DNA from: an uncultured virus (IMG/VR IMGVR_UViG_3300027754_000072)
Taxonomy: Duplodnaviria; Heunggongvirae; Uroviricota; Caudoviricetes
Strand: one strand, 5' to 3'
IMG/VR virus record: IMGVR_UViG_3300027754_000072
Length of the DNA stretch: 64,000 nucleotides
How positions within the stretch are numbered: the stretch's first letter is position 1; each line of letters starts with the position of its first letter. The notes under the pieces were generated by a model. That model searched no databases, had not been told where the DNA came from, and worked only from the letters and a program-made list of their open reading frames with translations. The translations under genes were made by a program, and so were the position numbers. Shown here piece by piece: positions 9,972-19,007 of this stretch.

Positions 9972-10700
9972 TTATTGATTTCTTTTTGGATATGCTTTAA
10001 CTAAATTTTCAATTGCTTTATAATGTTGATTTTGTGCTTTTTTACTTCCCCTAAAGCAAAAATATCTACATTTGCTTTTTTGTTTTACAAATTGAGCATC
10101 TGGCCATTTTTTTAATATATCTTCTTTTTTTTGCGATCCTATTTTTGATCTTATAGCTCTACTTCCGTAAAGTTTTCCATTTATTAATACACCAAATCTA
10201 CTACTTCCTTTGCTTTTTATATTTGGATTATTATCTCGCATACTTCCGACATAAGTAAATCCACAAGCTTGATAAATAGTTCCAATTTCACCAGCTAATT
10301 CATCAACAGTGCATGTAATTACTTCGTATTGTGGCGGTAATAGTTTCATGCTTTGTCTGATTAGAAATGAACCTGAATAATCTGGTGCCCAATGAACACA
10401 AGCACCTCTTGCCAACAATAGCATTTTGCCTGTAAATCCAAATTTATCCCAATGTCCAAGGTTTTCACTATATTCTGTTCCATAAACTACAACACCAGCA
10501 CAATGATCTCCAAAAAACAATCCAAAGCTATATTTGGATATTGTTGGCATACATTTTAGCCATTCATATTCAAGAATTATTTTCTTTGATTCAGAGTGTG
10601 AGATACTTCTAACTACTGCACTTTTAGAACTTAGATTTATATCTGGAATAGGATCTGTTTTAGATTTCTCTTCTCTGATGATTCTTTGATGAGCTTTCAT
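9972..10700 (-). CDS. mom: Mom-family GNAT-fold DNA adenine hypermodification enzyme
   Basis: VRSISHSESKKIILEYEWL, YSFGLF...AGVVVYG, LLARGACVHWAP..SGSFLIRQSMKLL, VDELAGEIGTIYQACGFTYVG, K.RY match the Mu Mom family layout. Confidence 0.8.
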   Translation of the reverse strand: MKAHQRIIREEKSKTDPIPDINLSSKSAVVRSISHSESKKIILEYEWLKCMPTISKYSFGLFFGDHCAGVVVYGTEYSENLGHWDKFGFTGKMLLLARGACVHWAPDYSGSFLIRQSMKLLPPQYEVITCTVDELAGEIGTIYQACGFTYVGSMRDNNPNIKSKGSSRFGVLINGKLYGSRAIRSKIGSQKKEDILKKWPDAQFVKQKSKCRYFCFRGSKKAQNQHYKAIENLVKAYPKRNQ

Positions 10701-10713
10701 AATAAACCTAAAG

Positions 10714-10786
10714 AGCGAAATTTTGGAACTGCCCCAAACCCTCTAGTCTGGATGACTAGCGTTTCTTCTCTTGAAACTTATTTCGC
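10714..10786 (-). tRNA. Non-canonical tRNA-Gly (anticodon UCC), no encoded CCA
   Basis: GCGAAAT AA GTTT CAAGAGAAG AAAC G CTAGT CATCCAG ACTAG AGGG TTTGG GGCAGTT CCAAA ATTTCGC T: perfect 7/4/5/5-bp stems, G1-C72, C2-G71, G3-C70, U73. Confidence 0.88.
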
Positions 10787-10792
10787 AATTAA

Positions 10793-10821
10793 ATCTTACA
10801 TTTTTTATAAATGTTTTTCAA
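10793..10821 (-). promoter_or_regulatory. Sigma70-type promoter driving tRNA-Gly and mom
   Basis: TTGAAA-17 nt-TAAGAT, with the -10 box ending 6 nt before tRNA position 1. Confidence 0.6.
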
Positions 10822-10837
10822 GTGTATTTTCTTAAAA

Positions 10838-11644
10838 TTAATAAGTACTTAATATTCTAATAATGTTTTCAATAATTTCTTTAGGTTCTTGAGAAGTCGA
10901 GAAGACTTCATCCCATTCAGAAGGTTGAATGTCCCAAGTGGTAATTTTTTTAGTTGTTGAAACTTCATTTCCCCAAGATCTTATTAAGCCTAAAGATGGG
11001 ATATATTGCATGTGAATTTGGAATTGTAAGCCTCTACGCCCCATTGGAAGCTCAACTCCTCCTGCTTTGTAGATCATAGAAACAATGTAATTGTAATCAT
11101 CAATTCGTACTACTTCATCAAACACCATTACGACAGGGTGATTTTGTCTAACTTTTTCTGCTAATTTAATTACTAGTTTTAAAAAGTCTTCTTTAGAAAA
11201 TTCATTTTTACAATAATCAAGATTTTTTTCATCAATACTTTTTATGTTATCGTAGATGTATTCAGCTAGTTTATTTTCATCGTTAATTCCTGATAAATGT
11301 TTGAAGTCATTTACTAAAGGATAAACTCTTTTACATATTGGTGCTGGACTTCCTTTTAGAGTTTTAATATATCTTCTTAATATTATTTTATATGATCCGA
11401 GAGGAGATACTGATATTAAAAATTTTCCAAGTCCTTCTCCAAATTCTAAAACACTACTATTTGCTCTGTAAGGTTCTTTAGATCCAATTGATCCAAATCT
11501 CTGCATATTATTTAATAATTCTTCTGATTTCAAATATTCTATAGGATTATTTTCATAAGGATCTTTATTTGTTTGATCTTGTTTATTACCATAACCATAC
11601 ATTTCTTCTGGTGTTTTATTAAACCATGATTGAAATTCTAGCAT
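10838..11644 (-). CDS. Hypothetical protein with capsid-targeting-like N-terminus
   Basis: MLEFQSWFNKTPEE start; about 268 aa ORF. Confidence 0.65.
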   Translation of the reverse strand: MLEFQSWFNKTPEEMYGYGNKQDQTNKDPYENNPIEYLKSEELLNNMQRFGSIGSKEPYRANSSVLEFGEGLGKFLISVSPLGSYKIILRRYIKTLKGSPAPICKRVYPLVNDFKHLSGINDENKLAEYIYDNIKSIDEKNLDYCKNEFSKEDFLKLVIKLAEKVRQNHPVVMVFDEVVRIDDYNYIVSMIYKAGGVELPMGRRGLQFQIHMQYIPSLGLIRSWGNEVSTTKKITTWDIQPSEWDEVFSTSQEPKEIIENIIRILSTY

Positions 11645-11662
11645 TATCATATATATATCTAT

Positions 11663-11971
11663 ATGAGAAAGCTTAATTTTTATGAATGGTTATTAAAAGA
11701 AGATAAAACTGCGTATAAGCAAAAGCTTACTGCATTATGTAATGCTTTAGGTTTAAAATTTAATCTTGACGATGAAGATAGTATTAAGGCTGCTGGAAAT
11801 ACTGATTTAAATACTTTAGACCAAGAAATTGTTCTTAATATTAAAAACAATATTATGTATGTTGATATAAAAAATGATGCTAAGAAAGATGCAATTGATA
11901 AATTATTAGCCAAGGCAGCTTCTGATACAGTTAAGGTTGGAGAATTAGTTAATACAATGCTTGATAAGTAA
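11663..11971 (+). CDS. Hypothetical protein with capsid-targeting-like N-terminus
   Basis: MRKLNFYEWLLKE start. Confidence 0.65.
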   Translation: MRKLNFYEWLLKEDKTAYKQKLTALCNALGLKFNLDDEDSIKAAGNTDLNTLDQEIVLNIKNNIMYVDIKNDAKKDAIDKLLAKAASDTVKVGELVNTMLDK

Positions 11972-11980
11972 AGGAAAATT

Positions 11981-12217
11981 ATGAATAAATATATGTTGTA
12001 TCTTGCTGGTGTTATATCTGAAAATCAATTATTAGACAATGAACGACTTACATTAAGTGGTTCCTTAGTTTCTAAGGAAAAAGTCGAAGACCATAAAAAA
12101 ATCGAAAAGATTTTTAACCTTATTAATGCAGAGATTCTTCCTCAGATTCACGATGAAGGAACTAAAAAGATTTTGACAAATATCATACATCAATTAGTTC
12201 CAATTTTACAAGATTAA
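11981..12217 (+). CDS. Hypothetical protein (possible head-associated)
   Basis: RBS aagga; N-terminal MLYLAGVISE motif of a type seen in large-phage head proteins. Confidence 0.6.
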   Translation: MNKYMLYLAGVISENQLLDNERLTLSGSLVSKEKVEDHKKIEKIFNLINAEILPQIHDEGTKKILTNIIHQLVPILQD

Positions 12218-12218
12218 A

Positions 12219-12253
12219 TAAAAAAAGCAGCCCTTTTTACAGGACTGCTTTTT
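12219..12253. terminator. Bidirectional intrinsic terminator
   Basis: aaaaaagcagccc-ttttaca-ggactgcttttt between convergent genes. Confidence 0.75.
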
Positions 12254-12272
12254 AAATATTATATTTATAATA

Positions 12273-12830
12273 TTACATTTCTGGTATTTCAAAATCTGCT
12301 GGTTGAAATTTATGATCTTTTAGAATTTTTTCAATTTGGTGTAATGGATTTTCAATAAGTGTTCCAAGAGCACGAACATAATTTGAGTCGTTCATTCTAC
12401 CAAAAGCCATTCTACCTTGCTCACCCTCCTTGTATTGACTTCTTGGATCTTTAATGTTTTGCATTGTAAGAGAAAAACCACGAATGATATCAAGTTTGTC
12501 ATTATCTTCACCACTAGCAAAATTCTTTTGAAAACGAGTTAGATCATTTTGCAAATTTTTTATTATATGTTGCTCAACCCACTGTGTTTTTTCTGGATGG
12601 TCAGTATGTAGTAAAGCGAGTCCTTCTAGATTAGTATGGTGATCTTTTTCATTATCACCTAATAACTCATCTATAGTTCTAAGTGCATAATGAATCGAAT
12701 CTTGAACTCTACTGGCACTATCTGCTTTATTTCTATCTAAATGGCTATCGGTATTAAGTCTAGCCATTTCAGAGAATTCTCTGTAAAGTGATTTATCACG
12801 ACTTTTAATAAACTGATTGAAACTTTTCAT
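12273..12830 (-). CDS. Putative internal head protein
   Basis: MKSFNQFIKSRDKSLYREFSEMAR leader related to those at 8238 and 9579. Confidence 0.6.
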   Translation of the reverse strand: MKSFNQFIKSRDKSLYREFSEMARLNTDSHLDRNKADSASRVQDSIHYALRTIDELLGDNEKDHHTNLEGLALLHTDHPEKTQWVEQHIIKNLQNDLTRFQKNFASGEDNDKLDIIRGFSLTMQNIKDPRSQYKEGEQGRMAFGRMNDSNYVRALGTLIENPLHQIEKILKDHKFQPADFEIPEM

Positions 12831-12899
12831 TTTTTTCCTTTTTGATATAAAACAATTTAATTTATATATAATTTAGCTTTTATAAATTTTAAATATAAT

Positions 12900-13301
12900 T
12901 TAAAATTTTAAATTTTCTAAAACATATTGAAAGTCTTCTGGGAGTTCACTTATTTTAATTAATTTAGATTTAACAAACGGTAAATCATTTTTAATTGATT
13001 TTTGCACTCTATGATTACCATCTAATACATATTTGATTTTATTATTATCGCTAACAATGATTAATACAGGATATTGCAAATCAGATTTTTCAATCTTTTC
13101 AATTTCTTCTGGATTGTTTTGCCAATTTAAAACTATTTCTTTTAATTTATCTGTTGGTATATTTTCTACAGGTATATTTTTTGTTACATCAAGCAATTGT
13201 TTTAATGTTACAGTTACATCATCTCGTATCCATTTATCATCCAAGCCTTGATTATAAATTTCTAGATGTAATTGTTCCAAGAATGTTTTAAATGATTTCA
13301 T
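12900..13301 (-). CDS. ParB/Srx-like domain protein with capsid-targeting leader
   Basis: MKSFKTFLEQ start; DLQYPVLII...VLDGNHRVQK ParB-N motif. Confidence 0.7.
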   Translation of the reverse strand: MKSFKTFLEQLHLEIYNQGLDDKWIRDDVTVTLKQLLDVTKNIPVENIPTDKLKEIVLNWQNNPEEIEKIEKSDLQYPVLIIVSDNNKIKYVLDGNHRVQKSIKNDLPFVKSKLIKISELPEDFQYVLENLKF

Positions 13302-13325
13302 ATTACATATATTTATCATGGAACA

Positions 13326-15569
13326 TTAAAATTTTAAATCATCTAAAGAATCAATTATTTTAATTTTATGTCCTTGTTTTTCTAATATACTTATTCTTTT
13401 TTCAGAATGCTTTTCTAAATATTCATTATTTTCAAATAAGAAGTCATAATAATTTAAACCATTTTTATCTTTAGCTATTCTTAAGCCTCTACCCATGCGT
13501 TGAATAATTAAATGGTCAGCTGAACCACCACATGAATTTATTATGTTATGTACGAAAACATTAATACCTGTATTAAAAATTTGTTGAGTAGCGATTGCTA
13601 CTACATTACCTTGTGCTTTTTGAAGTTGGTCTATAACTTCTTGTCTTACTTCGTTGTTATCTTCGCCTTTAACCCAAAAGGCATTAGGTAATCGGTATTT
13701 TAAAATATCACCATGTTGTATTCTATCAACTAGAATTAATGTTCTTCCTGTACATTTATTAGCAAGATTTTCAACTATATCATGAAAATAGTGATTTTCT
13801 ACAATACCATGTTGTACTGCATCTTGATAAATTACATGTTCTAGCTTTGTTCCTTTTATTTTAATAAAGAAACAAGAGCTTTTTGATAGTCTTCCACGGT
13901 CTTGAAGTTCTTTAGTAGTTAAAACACCAGATTCAGTAGCAGAAGTTTTAAGAACAGGCCCAAAGAAACCTTTTACATAATATTTTTGTACCTTATCTGT
14001 TTCTCCATATTTAAATGGTGTGGCAGAAAGTCCTATTCTTATACCGCAGTTAATCATTTTCTTGTAAACAGCTTTAGGGGTTTTACTCATCATATCGTGA
14101 ATTTCGTCAACAATAAGAACTTTAAATTTTGGTAATAATTTAGTTATTTTGCTACAAGATTGAACAGTAGCAACGGTAATAAGACTTGGTTGATTATAAG
14201 TATGATAAAGTCTTCCTACATTTTTAAATCCCCATTTTATTAATTCATTGTAATTTTGAATAGCAAGTGATTTGCGATTTTGAACAACTAAAATAGGAGT
14301 ATTAGGAGGAAGGCATTTTATAATGCTTGTTAATATAAAAGTGTTATGAGTTACAATAAAATTATTTGTCAAATATAATTGATCTGGATGATCAACACTA
14401 ATACAGATACATTCTTTAGATTCTGTATAATCAATTTTCTTAATATATCTTTTTTTGTTTTTATGATTTTTTTCGTGTAAATGTAAGGATTTTTCATTTT
14501 TTAAAATTAGCATATCTTTTGGTAAATGAATTTTATTTATAAAACATATTTTACTTTTAATTAATTTTATTTTAGTAAAAACTAATCCCCCTAAAGAATG
14601 AATTAAAAGTCTTATTTGTTCATTAAACTTTTTAGAATAAGAAATAAAATAAACTGCTTTGTTACCAATAAAGCATTTTGCTTCTAATAATCCATTTAAG
14701 AATTTTTTTCTAACTTCATAAGAGTTAAAGATATACTCATTTGGTATTTCTAATTCAGATGCTTCTACATTTTTAATATCATTAACTACTAATCCTACCA
14801 TTAATCCAAAAAAGACAGGATCTGATTTAGTGGATTTTTCTTCAAAATCTATTCTTTTTGCATTCTGAACAAAAACTTTTTTGGTTTTTATTAAATCAAT
14901 AATATCTTTTGTTTGTTTTACTTCTGTTGTCTTGTTGTAAGATATTTTCCACAAGTGATCTTCGCAGCATTCTACGACATCATTATTACTAAATGTTATT
15001 TTGCATATTTTCTTTTTACCTTGAGGAAATATCCCTTTTACAGAAGCATATCCACCGCTTGGAACACATATTTTTTCTTTCAATTTTAAATCTTTAATTT
15101 TTTTAAACCCAGAAGGTGTTGCTACTAAAGAATTTAACGGTTGTGCTTTTCCTGAGCTTGTTGGTGCAAATACGATTCCTCTTTTGTGTTTAATGGCTTG
15201 ATTGGTAAAGTCAACTTGATAATCTTCTAGTTTGATTTTTTCATGATTTTCTGGCAACCAATTGTTTAAAAAATTTTCATCTATTTCGGTTTTTACAAAT
15301 TCAAATTTATCTCTTGTATCTTGAATATCATAATTTATTTCTTTTATTTTAAGTGCCATTAATATTTCTGGTAATAAACCTGTAAGAAACTTACCAGAAT
15401 CTTTATTAAAAAAAGATGTATAGCCATCCCAAATTTTTTGTTTATAAAGTCTATTATGAAAATAATTTCTTTCTCTAAATTTAAGACAATTATATAGCAT
15501 ATCTTTTGCGGAAGTATCATTTGTAACTACTTGGCTGATATCATGCTTAACAATTATTTTGATGGTCAT
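13326..15569 (-). CDS. uvsW: UvsW-like SF2 helicase (intein-containing)
   Basis: WDGY N-terminal motif, DYQ Q-motif, APTSSGK|T Walker A split by intein, DEIH, GLSATP, QRMGRGLR. Confidence 0.88.
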   Translation of the reverse strand: MTIKIIVKHDISQVVTNDTSAKDMLYNCLKFRERNYFHNRLYKQKIWDGYTSFFNKDSGKFLTGLLPEILMALKIKEINYDIQDTRDKFEFVKTEIDENFLNNWLPENHEKIKLEDYQVDFTNQAIKHKRGIVFAPTSSGKAQPLNSLVATPSGFKKIKDLKLKEKICVPSGGYASVKGIFPQGKKKICKITFSNNDVVECCEDHLWKISYNKTTEVKQTKDIIDLIKTKKVFVQNAKRIDFEEKSTKSDPVFFGLMVGLVVNDIKNVEASELEIPNEYIFNSYEVRKKFLNGLLEAKCFIGNKAVYFISYSKKFNEQIRLLIHSLGGLVFTKIKLIKSKICFINKIHLPKDMLILKNEKSLHLHEKNHKNKKRYIKKIDYTESKECICISVDHPDQLYLTNNFIVTHNTFILTSIIKCLPPNTPILVVQNRKSLAIQNYNELIKWGFKNVGRLYHTYNQPSLITVATVQSCSKITKLLPKFKVLIVDEIHDMMSKTPKAVYKKMINCGIRIGLSATPFKYGETDKVQKYYVKGFFGPVLKTSATESGVLTTKELQDRGRLSKSSCFFIKIKGTKLEHVIYQDAVQHGIVENHYFHDIVENLANKCTGRTLILVDRIQHGDILKYRLPNAFWVKGEDNNEVRQEVIDQLQKAQGNVVAIATQQIFNTGINVFVHNIINSCGGSADHLIIQRMGRGLRIAKDKNGLNYYDFLFENNEYLEKHSEKRISILEKQGHKIKIIDSLDDLKF
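14343..15146 (-). mobile_element. Class 3 intein (268 aa) with degenerate LAGLIDADG remnant
   Basis: Begins AQPLNSLVATPSG, ends NNFIVTHN before Thr; Trp in block B (EDHLW), Cys in block F (CICISV), Thr in block G; FLNGLLEAKC remnant. Confidence 0.88.
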
Positions 15570-15650
15570 TATGTCCTCTTTAGTTCTTGGGTTTATTTTA
15601 AAAAAATGTAATTAAAAAAGCAAATTATTTATCTAATTAATAAATAAAAT

Positions 15651-16157
15651 ATGAAAAAATATAAAGATTGGTTAAAAGAAGAGACTGAAATTAGTCCGCC
15701 AGCACAAGTTATGACTCCAACAGCTAGTGCTGCACCTAATACTGCACCTAATGCTGCACCTAATGCTGCACCTAATGCTGCACCTAATGCTGCAAATTCA
15801 GTTGCACAAAAAGTTGCTTATGATTTGAATAAAAAGCAACTTAAGAAAAAGGCATGGAAAGCAAGCAAAGATGAAATAATGACATTTTGGAAATCTCTTG
15901 CGTTAGATATACCAATTCAAATTCATCCAATAACTTATGATCACAAGGGAACGACTATTCAAGAAGATGGAATAAGAATTACTGGAACTAAAGAATTTAT
16001 TGCTAGTGTCTTATCTAAGCTTAAAGATCTGGTTAATTATGAAAACGATCAAAATAAATTAATTATTTCTTATAGGCAATCACCAAAAAGCTTAGTGCCT
16101 GGTAATAAAGAAAGTTATATGTTTTATTTACAAGTTAAAAGTAGAGGTAAAGATTAA
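15651..16157 (+). CDS. Hypothetical protein with capsid-targeting-like N-terminus and AAPN repeats
   Basis: MKKYKDWLKEE; gctgcacctaat tandem repeats at about 15729-15793. Confidence 0.7.
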   Translation: MKKYKDWLKEETEISPPAQVMTPTASAAPNTAPNAAPNAAPNAAPNAANSVAQKVAYDLNKKQLKKKAWKASKDEIMTFWKSLALDIPIQIHPITYDHKGTTIQEDGIRITGTKEFIASVLSKLKDLVNYENDQNKLIISYRQSPKSLVPGNKESYMFYLQVKSRGKD

Positions 16158-16456
16158 ACAACATATCTAAGATTATTTAATTTTAACCATACACAAGTAC
16201 ATTCTTTTTTATCTAGAATATTGAACATTTTTTTATTTATTTCTATGTTATTTTTTTCTAAATATTCGGCAGTATTGTATATTTTTTTAGCTTTATTAAT
16301 TATTAAATTTAAATCTTGTTGAATCATAATAATTAAACCTCCAATGATATTAATAATTTATTTATATTTTTAAAAATTTTTTTGAATTATTATTCCTACC
16401 AATAATAGCATTAATAACTTTTTAAAAATATTAAATAAAAAATACTACATAATATT

Positions 16457-16804
16457 ATGAATATTAGTTTTAAGAAATGGTTATTTAATGAAATTGAGGG
16501 TGGCTTAATAAAACCAACTGGAATTGGTTCTAATAGTACAATGTCAGCAGTTAAAGCTGCACCTATAAAACCAATAGCCTCTGCTAAAACAAATCCAGAA
16601 GATGCTTTAATATCATCAATTAAAGATGCTGCTACTTTGTATCAAAATAAACTTAAAAATTCTGGTGTTAAGGTTAACGATTTGGCAAAAAAAGATCCAG
16701 AAGGCACATTTGATACTTTAACAAAATATGATAAAAGCCAGAGTTTATTAAAAAACAAACCAGCAGTTATGGCTGCAATTAAAGTTCTTTCTGGAGAAAA
16801 ATGA
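16457..16804 (+). CDS. Hypothetical protein with capsid-targeting-like N-terminus
   Basis: MNISFKKWLFNEIE. Confidence 0.65.
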   Translation: MNISFKKWLFNEIEGGLIKPTGIGSNSTMSAVKAAPIKPIASAKTNPEDALISSIKDAATLYQNKLKNSGVKVNDLAKKDPEGTFDTLTKYDKSQSLLKNKPAVMAAIKVLSGEK

Positions 16805-17136
16805 TTAAGTTTAACGAATACATTAATTTATTTATTGAAGCCGATGCTCCTCCTCCTCCTCCTGCTGGTGGTGGTGGTGCTCCTCCTGCTGGCGGTGCCC
16901 CTCCTGCTGGTGGTAGTGATTTAGGTGGTGGATTAGGTGGCATGGGAGGTTCTTCTGCTCCAAGCCCAGTTCCTGCTGCTTCAGGTGGAGGTGGAGGTGG
17001 AGCACCACCTTCTCCTATGGGTGGAGATTTAGGTGGTGGTGGAGGCGGAAACGCAGCTGGATTAAAATCTGCGGATATAAATTTAAAAGATGCATTTTAT
17101 TATTTAAAAAAGTATTTTAACAAAGAGAAAATTTAA
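16801..17136 (+). CDS. Gly/Pro-rich small protein with capsid-targeting-like N-terminus
   Basis: MIKFNEYINLFIEADAPPPPPAGGGG. Confidence 0.65.
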   Translation: MIKFNEYINLFIEADAPPPPPAGGGGAPPAGGAPPAGGSDLGGGLGGMGGSSAPSPVPAASGGGGGGAPPSPMGGDLGGGGGGNAAGLKSADINLKDAFYYLKKYFNKEKI

Positions 17137-17200
17137 TTTCTTGACAAATATAAAATAAAACAATAAATTAAAAATATATTTTATACTTTGAGAAATTTAA

Positions 17201-18292
17201 ATGGCCAAAGTTCTATTGTTTTCAGACATTCACATCCATAATCATAAAAAATCTTATGAAAGATTAGATGATTGTTTAAAGGCACTTCAATGGGTATTTG
17301 ATACTGCTAAAAAAGAAAACATAAAAAATATAATATTTGGTGGTGATATATTACACGAAAGACAAAAAATTGATATTTTTGTTTACAATAAAATTTATAA
17401 TAGCTTGAATGAAAACCTCACAAATTCTAATATTAATTTTTATTGTTTATTAGGAAATCATGATTTATGGTTTAATGAAAAAACAAGCATTAGCGGAGTG
17501 TATCCTTTTCAATCTTTAAAAGGATTTAGAGTTGTTTCAAACCCAGAAACAATTATAATTGAAAATTCAGAATGGGATTTTTTACCTTTTACTCATGATC
17601 CAATTGAATCATTAAGTTTTTTTGAAAAAAGTAATATTAAGAATAGATTTTTAATTGGTCATATATCAATAGATGGTGCATGTTTAAATTCTGGATCAAT
17701 TTCAGATGTAATAATAGAGCATGATGGTGAAATGGTAAAGATATCAAAAGACATCTTTGTTAATTACAAGCATTCTTTTTTTGGTCATTATCATAAATCT
17801 CAAAAGCTTGCAAAAAATGTTGAATATATTGGATCTCCTTTGGAACTATCATTTGGAGAAGCAAAAGAAGAAAAGCATATCATTGTTTTTGATACTGATA
17901 ATTGTAATAAAAAATATGTAATAAATGATTTTAGCCCAAAACACATTTATATAAAAGAAGATGATATTGATAAAACACCAAAGGAAATATTAAGTAATAA
18001 TTTTATTTGTTTACTAACCTCAGATATTTCTTCTTTAAAAACAAAGGAATGTTCTGAATATATTAAAGAAAATTGTAATCCTATTTCTTTTCAGGTAAAA
18101 ACTGTTTCAACTAAAGAAGATCAGTTTTTAGATGCATCATTAATTGCAGATGCAAAATCATTGATTATTGACGAAGAAAAAATGATTAAAATGTATGTTG
18201 AGAGTCAGGAATTGAAAACATTAGATAAAAGCATATTGATAGAAGTAGGTTCAAAAATAGTTAAAACTACAAGCGATAAATTAAATGATTAA
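17201..18292 (+). CDS. Mre11/SbcD/gp47-like nuclease
   Basis: SDIH, GGDILH, GNHD, GH, GHYH, YIGSP phosphoesterase motifs. Confidence 0.92.
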   Translation: MAKVLLFSDIHIHNHKKSYERLDDCLKALQWVFDTAKKENIKNIIFGGDILHERQKIDIFVYNKIYNSLNENLTNSNINFYCLLGNHDLWFNEKTSISGVYPFQSLKGFRVVSNPETIIIENSEWDFLPFTHDPIESLSFFEKSNIKNRFLIGHISIDGACLNSGSISDVIIEHDGEMVKISKDIFVNYKHSFFGHYHKSQKLAKNVEYIGSPLELSFGEAKEEKHIIVFDTDNCNKKYVINDFSPKHIYIKEDDIDKTPKEILSNNFICLLTSDISSLKTKECSEYIKENCNPISFQVKTVSTKEDQFLDASLIADAKSLIIDEEKMIKMYVESQELKTLDKSILIEVGSKIVKTTSDKLND

Positions 18293-18995
18293 AAAAATTA
18301 TTCTACCATTAACATTAGATTATTACAACAACAATACAACTTTTAATCTTCTAGCATATTACAAAAATGTTTTAAAATTCTCAGGAGAAATAATTTTAAA
18401 CATTGAAAAAAGAATGGATGATATAAATACATCTTTCACTCCCATTTCAGATGTTTGCTTTTTTGATATTTCTTTTTTTGAAAGTAGCAGTAAGTATTTT
18501 TCAGAAACAGATGGCAATGATGATGATTATTTTGCATTAGTTTCAAATGATTTAATTATTCAAAAGTTTAATTTGGATTGTAACTTTGATGGATTTGTAA
18601 GATATGAATCAAAAATGATTGGATTTAATAATTGCAATAAAATAAATTCAAATTTAATAATACTTAAGAAGAAAGTTTGGCTTGAGATATATTCCTTTTA
18701 TGAAATTTTTAAAAATAATTTTTCTATTTATAGAAAATTAAATCAAAAAATATTATTTGAAAAAATACTTGGATCTTTGTGCTTTAAAATAAAAAATATA
18801 AACAAACTAGAAATGATAAAATATAATATTAATTTAGATTATTTAAACAATGAATTTCTTTTTGATTATTACAAACCAAATTATTTATATTTTCAAAAAA
18901 GTATTATTAAACATAGGCAAATTCACGATATTTTATTTGATCAAAATAAAGATTTAGTTTATGCTTGGAGAGAGTTTTGTGGTGAATTCTCTTAA
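18285..18995 (+). CDS. Hypothetical protein between Mre11 and Rad50 genes
   Basis: 236 aa ORF overlapping the upstream stop; no recognised motif. Confidence 0.6.
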   Translation: MIKKIILPLTLDYYNNNTTFNLLAYYKNVLKFSGEIILNIEKRMDDINTSFTPISDVCFFDISFFESSSKYFSETDGNDDDYFALVSNDLIIQKFNLDCNFDGFVRYESKMIGFNNCNKINSNLIILKKKVWLEIYSFYEIFKNNFSIYRKLNQKILFEKILGSLCFKIKNINKLEMIKYNINLDYLNNEFLFDYYKPNYLYFQKSIIKHRQIHDILFDQNKDLVYAWREFCGEFS

Positions 18996-19007
18996 AGCAA
19001 GAAAAAT

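Noticed and set aside
10748..10754. Reading the tRNA as Met/Ile because the loop contains CAT
   Set aside because: In the 7-nt loop CAUCCAG the anticodon positions are UCC, and the acceptor stem and U73 are Gly-type.
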